Source of the DNA: an uncultured bacterium | GTDB taxonomy: Bacteria; Verrucomicrobiota; Verrucomicrobiia; Limisphaerales; UBA8199 | Assembly: GCA_963749495.1 (NCBI GenBank) | Contig: CAVVMW010000004.1 | Coordinates: 288,001-352,000 of the forward strand | Direction: 5' to 3' | DNA length: 64,000 nt | In this document: positions 8,850 to 19,796 of the stretch, piece after piece | Layout of the letters: every line of letters begins with the position of its first letter | Position numbering within the stretch: the stretch's first letter is position 1 | Position numbers and translations under genes: made by a program | Notes under the pieces: model-generated | Told to the model about the DNA's origin: nothing | The model's input: only the letters and a program-made list of their open reading frames with translations | Databases searched by the model: none

Positions 8850-9261
8850 AAACAGAAAGCTGAAAGTTGAAAGCTGAAAGTTGAAAGCTGAAAGTTGAAA
8901 GTTGAAAGCTGAAAGTTGAAAGCTGAAAGCTGAAAGCTGAAAGCTGAAAGCTGAAAGCTGAAATTAATTTCAATTTTCTACTTTCAATTTTCCAGTTTGT
9001 TTTCGAGATTTCTGCTTTGTCTTTAACATTTCTGCTTTCTGCTTTCAATTTTCTGCTTTGTTTTTAGAGATTTCTGCTTTCTGCTTTCCCAATTTCTGCT
9101 TTTTAGACTGCGCCCGCGTCCGTAATCTTATTTCAATTTTCTGCTTTCAATTTTCTGCTTTATCTTTGAGCTTTCTGCTTTATTTTTGAGCTTTCTGCTT
9201 TTTAGAGTGCTGCTTTCTTTTTGAGATTTCAATTTTCACCTTTCACCTTTCTACTTTTCTC
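8849..9261. repeat. Repeat junction J3 with a (GAAAGYT)15 array
   Basis: 15 tandem GAAAG(C/T)T units 8855-8959, GAAATTAATTTC 8960-8971, ~290-bp TTTCTGC-rich arm running up to the wzc start. Confidence 0.95.
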
Positions 9262-9264
9262 CAA

Positions 9265-11546
9265 ATGCCCCCCGATCTTCACCCTCTTGTCCCGCAGCAG
9301 GACGGCCAACGCTTCATCCTCCTTCCGGCCCCGCCTCAGGACCGCTTCTCCAAGGCCACCACGTTGCATGTCCAAGTGCGCCGCTACGCAACCGCTCTGC
9401 GCAAGCGGTCGTGGGTGCTTCTCTTGTCCTTGGTAGCCATCGGCGGTCCAGCCGTCTTTCTGGCGGTGACCAAGCCGCCCACTTTTCAGTCTCAGGCCCT
9501 GATGTGGCTGGCCGCCAGGCTCAACCTGCCCAATGCGGGATCTTACGCCGAGGACTTGGCAAGCTACATCGCAACCCAAGCCCAGCTCATCAAAAGCCCC
9601 GTCATTCAATCTCGCGCCCTCGAGAAGGTGCGCGCTCGATTCCCCGCGCTGGCCGCGGCAAAACGAAATGCCGCTTCCGCCGGTTTGCATTTTGATCTAA
9701 CCGTTCGCAGCTCACTGAAAGGCTCGGTGGTGGAACTGCGGGCTGTGGGTCCCGCGGCCCAGGCGACCCAGGCCTTTCTCGACGCTCTCATGGACGAATA
9801 CCGCGCTTTCAAAAACGATTCCCGCAAGCGGACTTCGTCTGGCGCCCTCTCCAGCATCACCGGCCAGGTCAACGAGGTCCAAAAGCAGATTCAGCAGCAA
9901 CAGGACGAGTTGACTCTGTTTCAGGTGTCGAACAACATCTCCTACCTTACCGAGCATGGCCTGAGCGCCGGCAGCCACCTGGCAAAGCTGGTCGAGATCT
10001 TGTCCGACCAGCAGACAGAATATCGTCTGCTCGAACTGCTCACCCCTGAACAGTTCAAGGATCTCGCCAAGGGCAGTCAATACTCCTTTTCCGACAGCCC
10101 TGTGCCGGGCGAGAGGGCCTCCCGCGCGCTCGCAGTGAACGCTAATTGGGCGGCCGACACCGCCTATTACCAGGCCTTGCAACAAATTGAGGTGTTGAAG
10201 GCAAAACGCGACGAGTTCTCCCAGGTTCTCCGGCCCACCCACTCCAAGATGGTGAAGCTCAACCAGGAGATCGCCGGTTTGGACCAATTGCTCAAGACCT
10301 TGAAGGATGAGGGCTGGCAGCAGGCCCTGGCCCAAATGGCCAACCGCAGGAAATCTTCGAACTCCAGATCCAAAATCTCGAGAGTCAATATCGCACCTGG
10401 GAGACCAACGCGGCCGAGGCCAGCCAGAAACTCGCCGAATACGACCGGATGAAGCAGGACATGCAGCGGTCCCAGGCCCTCTACGACCGCCTGCTGGGCC
10501 TGCTGCAGACAGTGGACCTCAATGAAAATCTCGACCAGGAGCTCCTCGTCCCGATGGCCCCGGCCTCGCAGGCCCGCCCCACCCTCGCGAAGTACGAGAC
10601 CGCCGCGGCGGGCATTCTCCTCGCGATCGTCGTGGGCCTGGGCGCTTTGCTGCTTCTGGAATTCCTGGATGACCGGTTCACTTCCGCGGGTGACCTCGGT
10701 CTCCACCTGCCCTCTGAGGTTGTTGGGCAAATTCCCAGGAGCCGCCTAAGGCCGCCCAATGGGGTCCGGGGCTTGCTCGCCACCGATGCGCAGCCGGCTT
10801 TTGCGGAATCTTTCCGCAACCTGCGCTCTTTGCTGCTCTTCATGTCCGCCGGCCAGAACTCCCAGCCTAAAGTCATTCTCATAACGAGCGCCATCCCCAA
10901 GGAAGGCAAGACCACCGTTGCCGCCAACCTGGCCTCCTCGCTGGCCCTGTCCGGCTCCCGCGTCCTGCTGATCGATGCCGACCTTCGCCGCGGCTCAGTA
11001 CACCAGATTTTTGACGTGCCCCTCAAACCAGGACTGGTCGAGGTTTTGAGCCACGAGGTCCCGCCGGCGGAGGCCATTGTCCCGACCGCGCAGCCCAGTT
11101 TATTCGTTTTGCCCGCAGGCGAATCTGCCAGAAGCAATTCCGACGCTTTTCTGCGCAACCGGGTGGACCTGCTGCTCCGTGACCTCGCGGGACAGTACGG
11201 CTACATCGTCATCAACAGCGCCCCGGTGCTTGCAACCGACAACGCCGCGTGCCTGGCGCCCAGCACGGACGGCGTACTCATGGTGGTGCGGGCATCCTAC
11301 ACCTCCGCGAGGATGGCACGGGAAGCTTTGGACCGTCTCCGCAAGCGCAAGGTGAGGGTGCTGGGAATGGTTTACAACTGCGCACCGCGCTCTTCGGATT
11401 ATTACTGCCGGTACAGCCGCGATTACTACCATCCAAGGAAGGCAACCGGCCACTCTGTCCCGGGGCCCGCTGAAGGCTTGTCACAGGATGCAAAAGGCCC
11501 GCGGCAAGAGCCGAACACCGAGCACGGCCCTAATGTTGAAGCGTGA
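9265..11546 (+). CDS. wzc: Wzc/GumC chain-length regulator fused to BY tyrosine kinase; frameshift near 10356
   Basis: TM-periplasmic coiled coil-TM, AESFRNLR, Walker A SAIPKEGKTT, LLIDADLRR, Tyr-rich tail; ORFs 9265-10452 and 10449-11546 join with one added base. Confidence 0.9.
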
Positions 11547-11736
11547 GCCGCACAGCAAGGATTGGCTGCAGCGCGTCCGCTCTGGAGCCATTGAGCGATG
11601 CCTATGCGGCTTCATAGTAAACTGCACAATTGACTGTTCAATGAAGCGGTTGTGATCGCGCCACATTGCTCGATCCCTATGGAGGTCTAAACAGGTCGGG
11701 GCTCGGCTCCGCTCAGCCGATTCGGTGACACCCTTT

Positions 11737-12717
11737 ATGAAACCCCTTGTGCTTTCCCCCGCCACATCCGCGTGGCTATATCGCGTCAGACCCCTGATAG
11801 GCGGAATTACGAGTTGCATCCCTGGTCTCGGCTCCCTCCGCCGAAAGTCCACGGGTGGAACAAATTCCGCCAGGTACTGCTACTCGGTCTGGCTCCGCCA
11901 CCTTGTCCAGGGCCACACAAACGGGCTTTGTGCAGGCGTGCCCAGGGTCGTTGCGGAACTGGGCCCCGGCGATTCGATCGGCATCGGCCTGGCCGCCCTC
12001 ACGTCGGGCGCCGAGAAGTATTTCGCCATGGACGTCGTCTCATACGCTACGCTGCCTCGGAACCTCTCCATTTTCGAGGAACTGGTGGAACTATTCCGCC
12101 GCAGGGAAAACATCCCGGACGCGACGGAGTTTCCCCAAGTTAAGCCCACCCTTGAGTCATACAAATTCCCGTCGCACATACTGGCCGACGCGTCCCTCTC
12201 CGCCGCATTGACGGATTCCCGTTTGAGCCGCATCCGCCATTCGTTTGAGGGGATCGAGCTTGACGACACCATGATCCGCTATTGCGTGCCCTGGTTCGGC
12301 TCGGATGTCTTAACGCCGCAGACCGTCAACATGGTCTATTCCCAAGCCGTTCTTGAGCATGTGGATGACCTCAGCTTAACCTACCGCGCTGTGAATGAAT
12401 GGCTGGCCGACTCGGGCTTTATGTCTCACGTGGTGGACTTTCGCTGCCATGGAACATCAGCGGACTGGAACGGCCACTGGACTCATTCAGATGTCAGGTG
12501 GCGACTGATTCGAGGAAAACGCCCGTGGCTGTTGAACCGGGAGCCCTTCTCCACGCACCTGGGGCTCATGGAGGACGCGGGTTTCAAAATGGTGGCCAGC
12601 ATCAAGAACACTAGGCCCTCGGCGATACAGCGGGAGAACCTCGCCCCGCGATTCAGGGACATAACGGACGATGACATGACTACCGCCGGCGCGTTCTTCC
12701 AAGCGGTAAAGAAATGA
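11737..12717 (+). CDS. Class I SAM-dependent methyltransferase
   Basis: VAELGPGDSIGIG motif I, YSQAVLEHVDD, SHVVDFRCH. Confidence 0.75.
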   Translation: MKPLVLSPATSAWLYRVRPLIGGITSCIPGLGSLRRKSTGGTNSARYCYSVWLRHLVQGHTNGLCAGVPRVVAELGPGDSIGIGLAALTSGAEKYFAMDVVSYATLPRNLSIFEELVELFRRRENIPDATEFPQVKPTLESYKFPSHILADASLSAALTDSRLSRIRHSFEGIELDDTMIRYCVPWFGSDVLTPQTVNMVYSQAVLEHVDDLSLTYRAVNEWLADSGFMSHVVDFRCHGTSADWNGHWTHSDVRWRLIRGKRPWLLNREPFSTHLGLMEDAGFKMVASIKNTRPSAIQRENLAPRFRDITDDDMTTAGAFFQAVKK

Positions 12718-13121
12718 TGCGGTCCGTCCCCCGTGCGGCCGAACGAGCCCGTGGTAATGTCTCCGATCAAGGGGTGCGGTGGGTAAACTCGGAGCGTAAC
12801 AAGTTCCATGGCGACAGGAACTAGGTCATCAAGCCAATTTCCGACGCTTATGCCGCGACATGCATTTACTGCAGCAGCTCCGTTTCGCCGGGCGTTCCGC
12901 ACGCTTGGTATGCAGTGGTCCCCTGCAGCCCATGGTCCGCGCATGCCAGAGAATCCGCGCCACACGAACCGCCTAAAAGTACAATCCATTAGCAGTTAGG
13001 AGGCAGCCCCGCGGGAAACACTTTTACGAAGTGCCAACGAGAATGGTTCTATGTTGAGCGGTCGCGGCCGACAAGCAGCACGGTGTAAAGGGCCACGCTA
13101 CCGGCGGCGACGGCCCGAACA

Positions 13122-13740
13122 ATGAAGCTAACGTTCGTTATCTCTTCTCAGCAGAATTGAGGTGCCGAGCGAGTCTTGGTGAACATGGCACATTGCTTGT
13201 CTAAGAGGGCACAATTTATCGAGATTGTGACGCTTCGGCCGAACGCAAGCATCCCGTTTTATGAACTCGATGCCCCAACAGTTCACTCCCCGCTTCCGCT
13301 CGCTCGAGACTTCAGAGATCTAGTGCCATTTGCTCCCAGGAATGTGAGAAGAATAGGGGTAATTCGACACGCCATCAGGTAGGACACACATGCGCTTTGA
13401 GGAGGCGGCAGATTCTGATCTGCTTGTATTATCGTCCGGCTACGAAGCTTTCCAACATGCTCTTTACACGCCATGGCCCGCAACCTTCCGCTGATAAGTG
13501 TTGATTCCCCCAGGGGCGCAATGGAAAACATTCCCCAGGACGTGGATGGTGCCTTAGTGCCGCCTGAAAATGTGAACGCGCTGGCGGACGGGATGTCGCG
13601 TGATAAAAAACGCACTATTGAGAAAGCAATTGCCGCTAAGCGCGGGCAACGTTGTGCAGTGTTTCAGAATGTAAAAGGTCATGCGACAATGGGAAGAATT
13701 ACTCGGGAAGGTCATCCCATCCTCGGCTTCAGGAGCTTGA
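13122..13740 (+). pseudogene. Decayed GT4 glycosyltransferase
   Basis: MKLTFVISSQQN*GAERVLVNMAH... then SDLLVLSSGYEAF.../AMARNLPLISVDSPRG...DGALVPPENVNALAD; in-frame stop, frameshift and missing middle. Confidence 0.75.
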
Positions 13741-13774
13741 ACTTCGACGGGGACCGACAACCCGTAAGACCGCG

Positions 13775-15103
13775 TTGAATAGCCAGATTAAGTTGAGCCA
13801 GGTCGCGGCCGTGATTATGGCTCTGCTGCTTGTTGTTCCTTATTCGACAGGAGCTATTGGGTATGGCTTTGTGTGGAGCTTTTTCCCGATCCGGTCTCGA
13901 ACCTATCTGGTGGCGCTGGTGACATTACTAGCGGTCTATGGGGTGGCCAAGCGGCCCCGAATCAACCTCAGCATTGTCGCGCTGCTGGCGCTGGCCGCCC
14001 TCCGCATTCTAGATGCGTTCTTTCTGGATCGCGCGCCCAATCCGGAAAATCTGCCTACGTTGTCAAATGAGGGAGCATCCCTGGCCTATTCGCTGGGAAT
14101 AGTCTTTCTTTCCGGTGATCGTATCGCCTTGCGATATTCCGCCCTGCTGTGCGGGAGCCTCACAATTCTTGTTTGTGCAGGCGTAAACGCGTGGGAGTGG
14201 CAAAACCCGGCCTTCTTCAGCGATGTGCAAGGCCGCTCGGCTGGAATGCTTGTAAATGCGAATATTTCCGCAGCCGCCATTGTGGGAATGTTGGGCCTTG
14301 TCCTGGCTATGACTCCTCCGCTTTGGTTGGCAGCCGGACTGATTTGCTCGTCCGCGCTCGGTGTCTATTTCACTCTTAGCCGCGGCGGCGCGGTTGTCTG
14401 GCTTTTGATCGTTGTTGCGTACCTGGTTTTTGCGGCGCGAGGCGGGCTCCGGCGCATCGTGGGTTTTGCCTTTTGGCTGGCTCTGATTCTTGTCCTGATC
14501 ATAAAGGTAATTGATTTTGAGAATCCCTTGAGCGCGGGGACGAATGATGTCTCAACGAGGGAGAGCGTGCTATTGGGACAGAAGGAGATAGAGGCGAACG
14601 ACAGCAGGCATGTCAATGTGCTGCTGGACGGGCTGAAGGGAGTTCAACAGCAACCGATATTTGGTTATGGCACCGGGGCCTCAATCGGGCTCTACGAGCC
14701 GCATAATCAATTCTTGAGTATTTGGCTCGATAACGGCGTCGTCGGGATGGCACTTTTTTCACTGGGCCTCTGTCTGCTGGTTGGGAACTGTATTTTGAAG
14801 AGCAAGGTGCTGCTCATCGGCTGCATCCCGTTACTCGGGCAGATACCGTTCGGCCAGAATATGCTGGAGGATAAAAGCTATTTGTTTGTCTGGATCGTTC
14901 TTGGCGGGATGCTTCAAGTTCAAAAAGAAACTGAATTATGGGTCCTTTTTGACGAGCACGGCTGTGACGTTCCTGGCAATGAGCAAGATCCCGAGGTCCA
15001 TGATACGACGAGCCCCGCACTTCGACTTGAGGTTTGCCGCCACAGCCCAGGGGCGTTCTCGTCTCGGCGAATCTTGTGGCGGCTGAGCAGCAATGCCTTA
15101 TAG
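13775..15103 (+). CDS. O-antigen ligase/Wzy polymerase family membrane protein
   Basis: Many TM segments, GRSAGMLVNAN, TLSRGG, PIFGYGTG, PHNQFL; start uncertain. Confidence 0.85.
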   Translation: MNSQIKLSQVAAVIMALLLVVPYSTGAIGYGFVWSFFPIRSRTYLVALVTLLAVYGVAKRPRINLSIVALLALAALRILDAFFLDRAPNPENLPTLSNEGASLAYSLGIVFLSGDRIALRYSALLCGSLTILVCAGVNAWEWQNPAFFSDVQGRSAGMLVNANISAAAIVGMLGLVLAMTPPLWLAAGLICSSALGVYFTLSRGGAVVWLLIVVAYLVFAARGGLRRIVGFAFWLALILVLIIKVIDFENPLSAGTNDVSTRESVLLGQKEIEANDSRHVNVLLDGLKGVQQQPIFGYGTGASIGLYEPHNQFLSIWLDNGVVGMALFSLGLCLLVGNCILKSKVLLIGCIPLLGQIPFGQNMLEDKSYLFVWIVLGGMLQVQKETELWVLFDEHGCDVPGNEQDPEVHDTTSPALRLEVCRHSPGAFSSRRILWRLSSNAL

Positions 15104-15249
15104 GGATTCGTGGATCATTTCGCTGAGACAGGGGTGTGGGACTACGCAAGTGCTTCCTTGTACTATGAGAGACATTAGCAGTACACATCACGGACCGATG
15201 CATTTGCAACCATAATTCCGATGAATTGTTTATTTCCGGGTCGTTAGCG

Positions 15250-16749
15250 ATGGGCGAGCAGGTATTAAGGCAGGCCCGGGGCGGTTTTGGGGTCGTGACA
15301 TATTACGGACCCTTGATCCGGAGGTTGTGGCTTTCCCGGTTCTTCGTGAACTTGGTCTGGGTGTGCGGCGCGACGGCTGCGAGCCGGCTGATCGCGTTGA
15401 TTGCGATCGGCTACCCGGCGCGGGCGCTGGGCCCGGAGGTGTTCGGCCGAGTCGGCTTCGCATTGACCTTGGTTGCTTACGCCCGGGTCCTGCTTCCCTC
15501 CGGGCTCTTGGTGTGGGGTACGCGGGAGATCGCGCGGGAGCGGCAGAAGGCGGCCGAGGTGGCCAGCACCGTCAGCCTGACGCTCCTGGCGCTCGCATTA
15601 GTGGGTTACTGCCTGCTGGCTGCTGGCGCGGGGGCGTTCCTGGGCCCTCAACAACGACGGATCGTCCTGCTCTGCGGTCTCGGGCTGTTCAGCCAGGCGG
15701 TCACGCTCGATTGGGCGCTGGCTGGGCTGCAAAAGCAGTATGTCTCTTCTGCGCTCAGTATTGCCACGGCTACGTGTACTGTGGCGCTCCTTTTCACCCT
15801 GGTGCGAGGTCCAGGGGACGCGAGGACTTACGCGGTCCTCGCGCCACTGACTGCGCTGTTGGGCGCCGGCCTGAGCTTCCTTTACCTGAGGAACCGGGAT
15901 GGATTCCGTCTCCAGCTCCCCCCCTCCAGGGCCTTCTGTGGGGCCTTGCTGGCCGCCCGGCACCTGAGCGCTTCATCCTTTTTTGTTGCGGTTCTTCGCT
16001 ACGCGAACAACGTGATCGTCTATTGTTGGCTTGGGGAGGCGTCGCTGGGGGTTTTCCTGGCGGCGTTTTGGATCATCGAGCAGTTAAGCACCGTGCCGGG
16101 GCTGCTGGCCAACGTGGCTTTCCCGCGCCTAGCCCAGCTTGTGGTCAGCGCACCGGAGCGGGCGAGGGAGGAGGCGGCTGTCTTCCGCGAGGTCTTGGTT
16201 ATCGCCGGGTTGGGGGTGGCCGGGTTGCTCGCGATCGAGGCACCGGATGTTACGCGCGTCCTTTATGGGAGTCGGTACCATGATGCGGGGTTGGCCTTGC
16301 GCATCATGGCGCCGGCGCTTCTGTTCACCTTCGTAGCTTACGGGTACACGAACGTCCTCATGCCGTTCCACCAGGACCGCGTGATCCTGAGGGTTGTGGT
16401 GGTGGGCGCGGTTGTGTCCGTTGGGGGCGGGCTGGCCCTGGTTCCTCCATTCCACCTCCTCGGCGGTGCCGTGGCCGTTTCCATAGCCGATCTGGCCGCG
16501 TGGCTGGCGGCCTCGCGCGATTACCGCCGGGTTGTGGGTCCGCTGGGGCTGCGCAGCTGGGCAAGGCCGCTAGCGGGGGTGTGTCTGATGGCCTTGATCT
16601 GCTTTGCCCTCGAGCGGGCAGCCGTCCCCTTCTGGCTGCGCGCGCCGGCCGCCCTGCTCGGCTACCTGGTCGCGGTCAGAAAACAGGTGGCCCAAATCAT
16701 TCGATGGAGCCTGGCCCACCTGAATTCCTTGAAGCCAACCGCCGCATGA
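15250..16749 (+). CDS. wzx: Wzx flippase
   Basis: ARALGPEVFG, GTREIAR, ~12-14 hydrophobic segments, FPRLA, EPS locus context. Confidence 0.85.
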   Translation: MGEQVLRQARGGFGVVTYYGPLIRRLWLSRFFVNLVWVCGATAASRLIALIAIGYPARALGPEVFGRVGFALTLVAYARVLLPSGLLVWGTREIARERQKAAEVASTVSLTLLALALVGYCLLAAGAGAFLGPQQRRIVLLCGLGLFSQAVTLDWALAGLQKQYVSSALSIATATCTVALLFTLVRGPGDARTYAVLAPLTALLGAGLSFLYLRNRDGFRLQLPPSRAFCGALLAARHLSASSFFVAVLRYANNVIVYCWLGEASLGVFLAAFWIIEQLSTVPGLLANVAFPRLAQLVVSAPERAREEAAVFREVLVIAGLGVAGLLAIEAPDVTRVLYGSRYHDAGLALRIMAPALLFTFVAYGYTNVLMPFHQDRVILRVVVVGAVVSVGGGLALVPPFHLLGGAVAVSIADLAAWLAASRDYRRVVGPLGLRSWARPLAGVCLMALICFALERAAVPFWLRAPAALLGYLVAVRKQVAQIIRWSLAHLNSLKPTAA

Positions 16750-17649
16750 GAACTGGCGGTGTGAGTAGTGTTATCCACATGAGACCATACCCGAAATTCT
16801 CAGTCATAATCGCGACGTTCAACCGCCGTCCGTACCTGGAGAGGGCCATCGACCGCCTTCTGGAGGATCCATATCCGAACCTGGAACTCATCGTCATCGA
16901 CGGGGGATCCAAGGACGGCACGCCGGAACTGCTGAAATCGTACGGCGACAGGATCCGCTGCTGGCTTTCAGAGGCAGATGAGGGAGAGTATTTCGCTCTC
17001 AACAAGGGGCTGGCGCTCGCTACCGGGACTCTGCTAAAAATCATTCCGGACGACAATTTGATGCGCACGGGCGCATTTCACGTCGCGGCACAGTACCTCG
17101 AGGCGCACCCGGACATTGACATTGTTTTTGGGCAGACCGCCTTCTGGCGCGAGGAGGGGGGCACAAGGACCTTCTTGTCTCAGACCAACATGGCTGACCC
17201 GGCCTGCCTCTCCGTGCGTGGTTGGCTCAGACACAGGAATGGGGGCGCCAGTGAAGGGCATTTTATGCGGCGGAGAGTAGTCGATCGGATCGGCCCAATC
17301 TCGACGGAGTACGTCCCCTGGGACCTGGAATTCTGGGCAAGGGCAGCCAAAGCCGGGGTCAGGATGGGCTGGCTGCCGGAACGTCGTGGTCGATTACATG
17401 TACACCGGAAAAAACGGTGGCATCACGAAGGCATGGAGGGTCTTCGGGGACTCCATCAAAATCAATTGGCGTTACGGCACGCTTTCGGACGGGCTCCTCG
17501 CGACGTGGTCGTACGGTGTCTTCAGGCCCGCCGCCCATGTTGCGCGGTCGGCCTGCCATGCCGTCCACCTTCACCCCCTACGCGCCGCAAAGAGGCTGCT
17601 CGGCCGGGAAGCGCGGTCGGAACCTGTCCGCCTGGCCGGGGCCGAGTGA
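16746..17649 (+). CDS. GT2 glycosyltransferase; frameshift near 17381
   Basis: FSVIIATFNR, ELIVIDGGSKDGT, ALNKGL, PDD, WDLEFWAR; continues as VVDYMYTG in ORF 17386-17649; ATGA overlap with wzx. Confidence 0.85.
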
Positions 17650-17829
17650 GTTCCCCGGCCTGCGGTTCACTGCAACTTGCTGCCTGGCCGGAAGCGGCTG
17701 TTTGGGTAGCCCCCTATTGCTTCGCAAGCGCACCAAGGCCGGCAGCCCGGAGCGCGCGGGGCGCGGAGAATCTTGTCCGCAGGGCGGCGGCCTGCAGCCG
17801 AAAGGCGGACAGAATTGTCTGCCGCCCCG

Positions 17830-18538
17830 CCCGGCAGTTTATGGGAAGATCCTGAGCTACGCTGGTCTTTATGGCCCTCCTGACGTTGGTCCTGATTTGT
17901 GCAGCCGGGCGTGCCTCGCGTGTCGCGATGCGCCCCCGGTGGGTGCATGCCGGGGTGATTGTAATCAGGCTCCTGATAGGCGTCCACATCTTCCGTTGTT
18001 CGTGGTGAGCGCCATGAGCCTGTACCGGGAGGACGCGCTCGTGGTGGCGATGGCATGTGGAACGCCGTTTCGCAGAGAGGGAATTCATTTTGATCGAGGC
18101 GCGGTCGTCTCGGGGTCCAAATCGGAACAGCTCTGCTGGTTGCGCGTACTCACGCTGATGACCGTGGGCTACAGCCTGACGCCACAAGGTCCTACGGGCA
18201 TCGCCAGATGGTCGCGATTGGGATTTGCATTTGCGGTCGGGCTTGTTGGACGCGCTTCCGCCCGGGGCGAGAATCCTCACATTCGCAGCACAGGGAGGCT
18301 GAGTATGTGGACCGCCCACGGCCACGACATCGGGTTTGCCGCTTTTGCCGATGTGAATGCCTTGGGCTGGAGTCATATCTCGGACACGGTGAACGCGCCG
18401 CAGGGGGGGTGGGGTGCCTTGTGGTCCCTCTCGGCGGCCCGGAGCAACGTCGTCCCGGCGATCGGGTCCGGTTGGACGAAGTGGCCGGGGTGCGGGTCGC
18501 GGACTGAGGCGCTCTTCCTGATTCCCATACATTCCTAA
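17830..18538 (+). pseudogene. Possible decayed membrane-protein gene
   Basis: Hydrophobic stretches in shifting frames (LVFMALLTLVLICAAG; LGFAFAVGLVG); ends just before the next GT4; no family recognised. Confidence 0.25.
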
Positions 18539-18540
18539 AG

Positions 18541-19767
18541 ATGAGCCAAGCATCGAGAGGCCGCCGGCTGATGCTCTATCTGCCTAACCTGAGCGGGGGC
18601 GGGGCTGAGGGGGTGATGGTAAACCTGGCAAATGGGTTTGTCGGCCTGGGCTATTGTGTTGACTTGGTTTTGGCTACCAAGGCCGGCGTCAACGAGCGCA
18701 GGGTTTCCGGCGGTGTCAACCTTGTCCGCTTGGCTGCGTCCGGCTGTCTGGCCAGCATCCCCTCGCTCTCGAAGTACCTGCGCCAGAAGAAGCCGCACGC
18801 GCTGCTTTCAACACTCGCTCATGCCAACCTCGCGGCGCTTATTTCAAACCGGCTCGCCGGCGGGAACAGCCGGGTCATCATTCGGGAGGCAGCGCCCATC
18901 ACGTTGACGGCGAAATATTACAGATCCCTCCGCGTGAGGCTCGTGCAGGCGGGCATGCGGTGGTTGTATCCCCGGGCAAGCTTTGTGGTCGCAAATTCTC
19001 AGGGGCTTGCCGACGAACTGGTTGAGAGGATAAGAGTCCAGCCAGCCAAGGTCAGACTGATCGAAAACCCGGTAATCGCGGAAGATTTTGAGGCCCTGGC
19101 AGGGGAGAGCCTGGCAGACCCTTGGTTTAACGATCCTCGGATTCCGGTTGTCCTTGGCGCAGGCCGGCTGACCATCGAAAAGGATTACGAGACCCTCATC
19201 CGCGCCTTCAAGATCATCTCTGGAAGACGGCCCGCGCGGCTAGTCATTCTTGGCGAAGGTGAAGACCGCCAAAAACTGGAGGGACTCGTCGCCAGGGAGG
19301 GTCTGCAGGGGGCTGTGAAGCTGCCCGGCTACGTGCCAAATCCCTTCGCCTATATGCGGCATTGCGGTTGCTTTGTGCTCTCATCCCTTTTCGAGGGAAG
19401 TCCTAACGCCCTGATCCAGGCCCTGGCCTCAGGGGCGCGCGTCGTTTCGAGCGACTGCCCATGGGGGCCGCGTGAGATCCTCGAGGACGGCAAGCTTGGG
19501 AAATTGGTGCCGGTGGGAGACGTGGAAGCCCTGGCAGCCGCCGTGCTGGAAGCATTCGTGCAGCCCGCCTGGGGCGCTCGGTTGGGCCTGTTCGCCAGGC
19601 TTCGGGATAAATACGGGGTTACAGCGGTCGTGGGCAGGTTCCGCGAATTGGTTGACGATGCGTGCCTTCAGGTATTGCAACCCGCTACGAAAACGCCTCC
19701 GGGGGGCTTCTCAACACGCATGCAAACGGTGCGGCCTGGCAAGCGGTTTCAGAAGCCTGGGAAATAA
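18541..19767 (+). CDS. GT4 glycosyltransferase
   Basis: GGGAEGVMVNLAN, GAGRLTIEKDY, FVLSSLFEGSPNALIQALA, SSDCPWGPREIL. Confidence 0.9.
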   Translation: MSQASRGRRLMLYLPNLSGGGAEGVMVNLANGFVGLGYCVDLVLATKAGVNERRVSGGVNLVRLAASGCLASIPSLSKYLRQKKPHALLSTLAHANLAALISNRLAGGNSRVIIREAAPITLTAKYYRSLRVRLVQAGMRWLYPRASFVVANSQGLADELVERIRVQPAKVRLIENPVIAEDFEALAGESLADPWFNDPRIPVVLGAGRLTIEKDYETLIRAFKIISGRRPARLVILGEGEDRQKLEGLVAREGLQGAVKLPGYVPNPFAYMRHCGCFVLSSLFEGSPNALIQALASGARVVSSDCPWGPREILEDGKLGKLVPVGDVEALAAAVLEAFVQPAWGARLGLFARLRDKYGVTAVVGRFRELVDDACLQVLQPATKTPPGGFSTRMQTVRPGKRFQKPGK

Positions 19768-19796
19768 GGCCTAGCACGAGACACAAGACCTAATTT

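Noticed and set aside
7075..9261. Classical integron cassette array
   Set aside because: No integrase in the window, and the junctions are low-complexity heptamer arms rather than recognisable RYYYAAC/GTTRRRY attC sites.
8824..9436. ORFs made of SAFSFQL/KAES repeats in intergenic junctions
   Set aside because: They are direct translations of the heptamer arrays with no independent coding signal.
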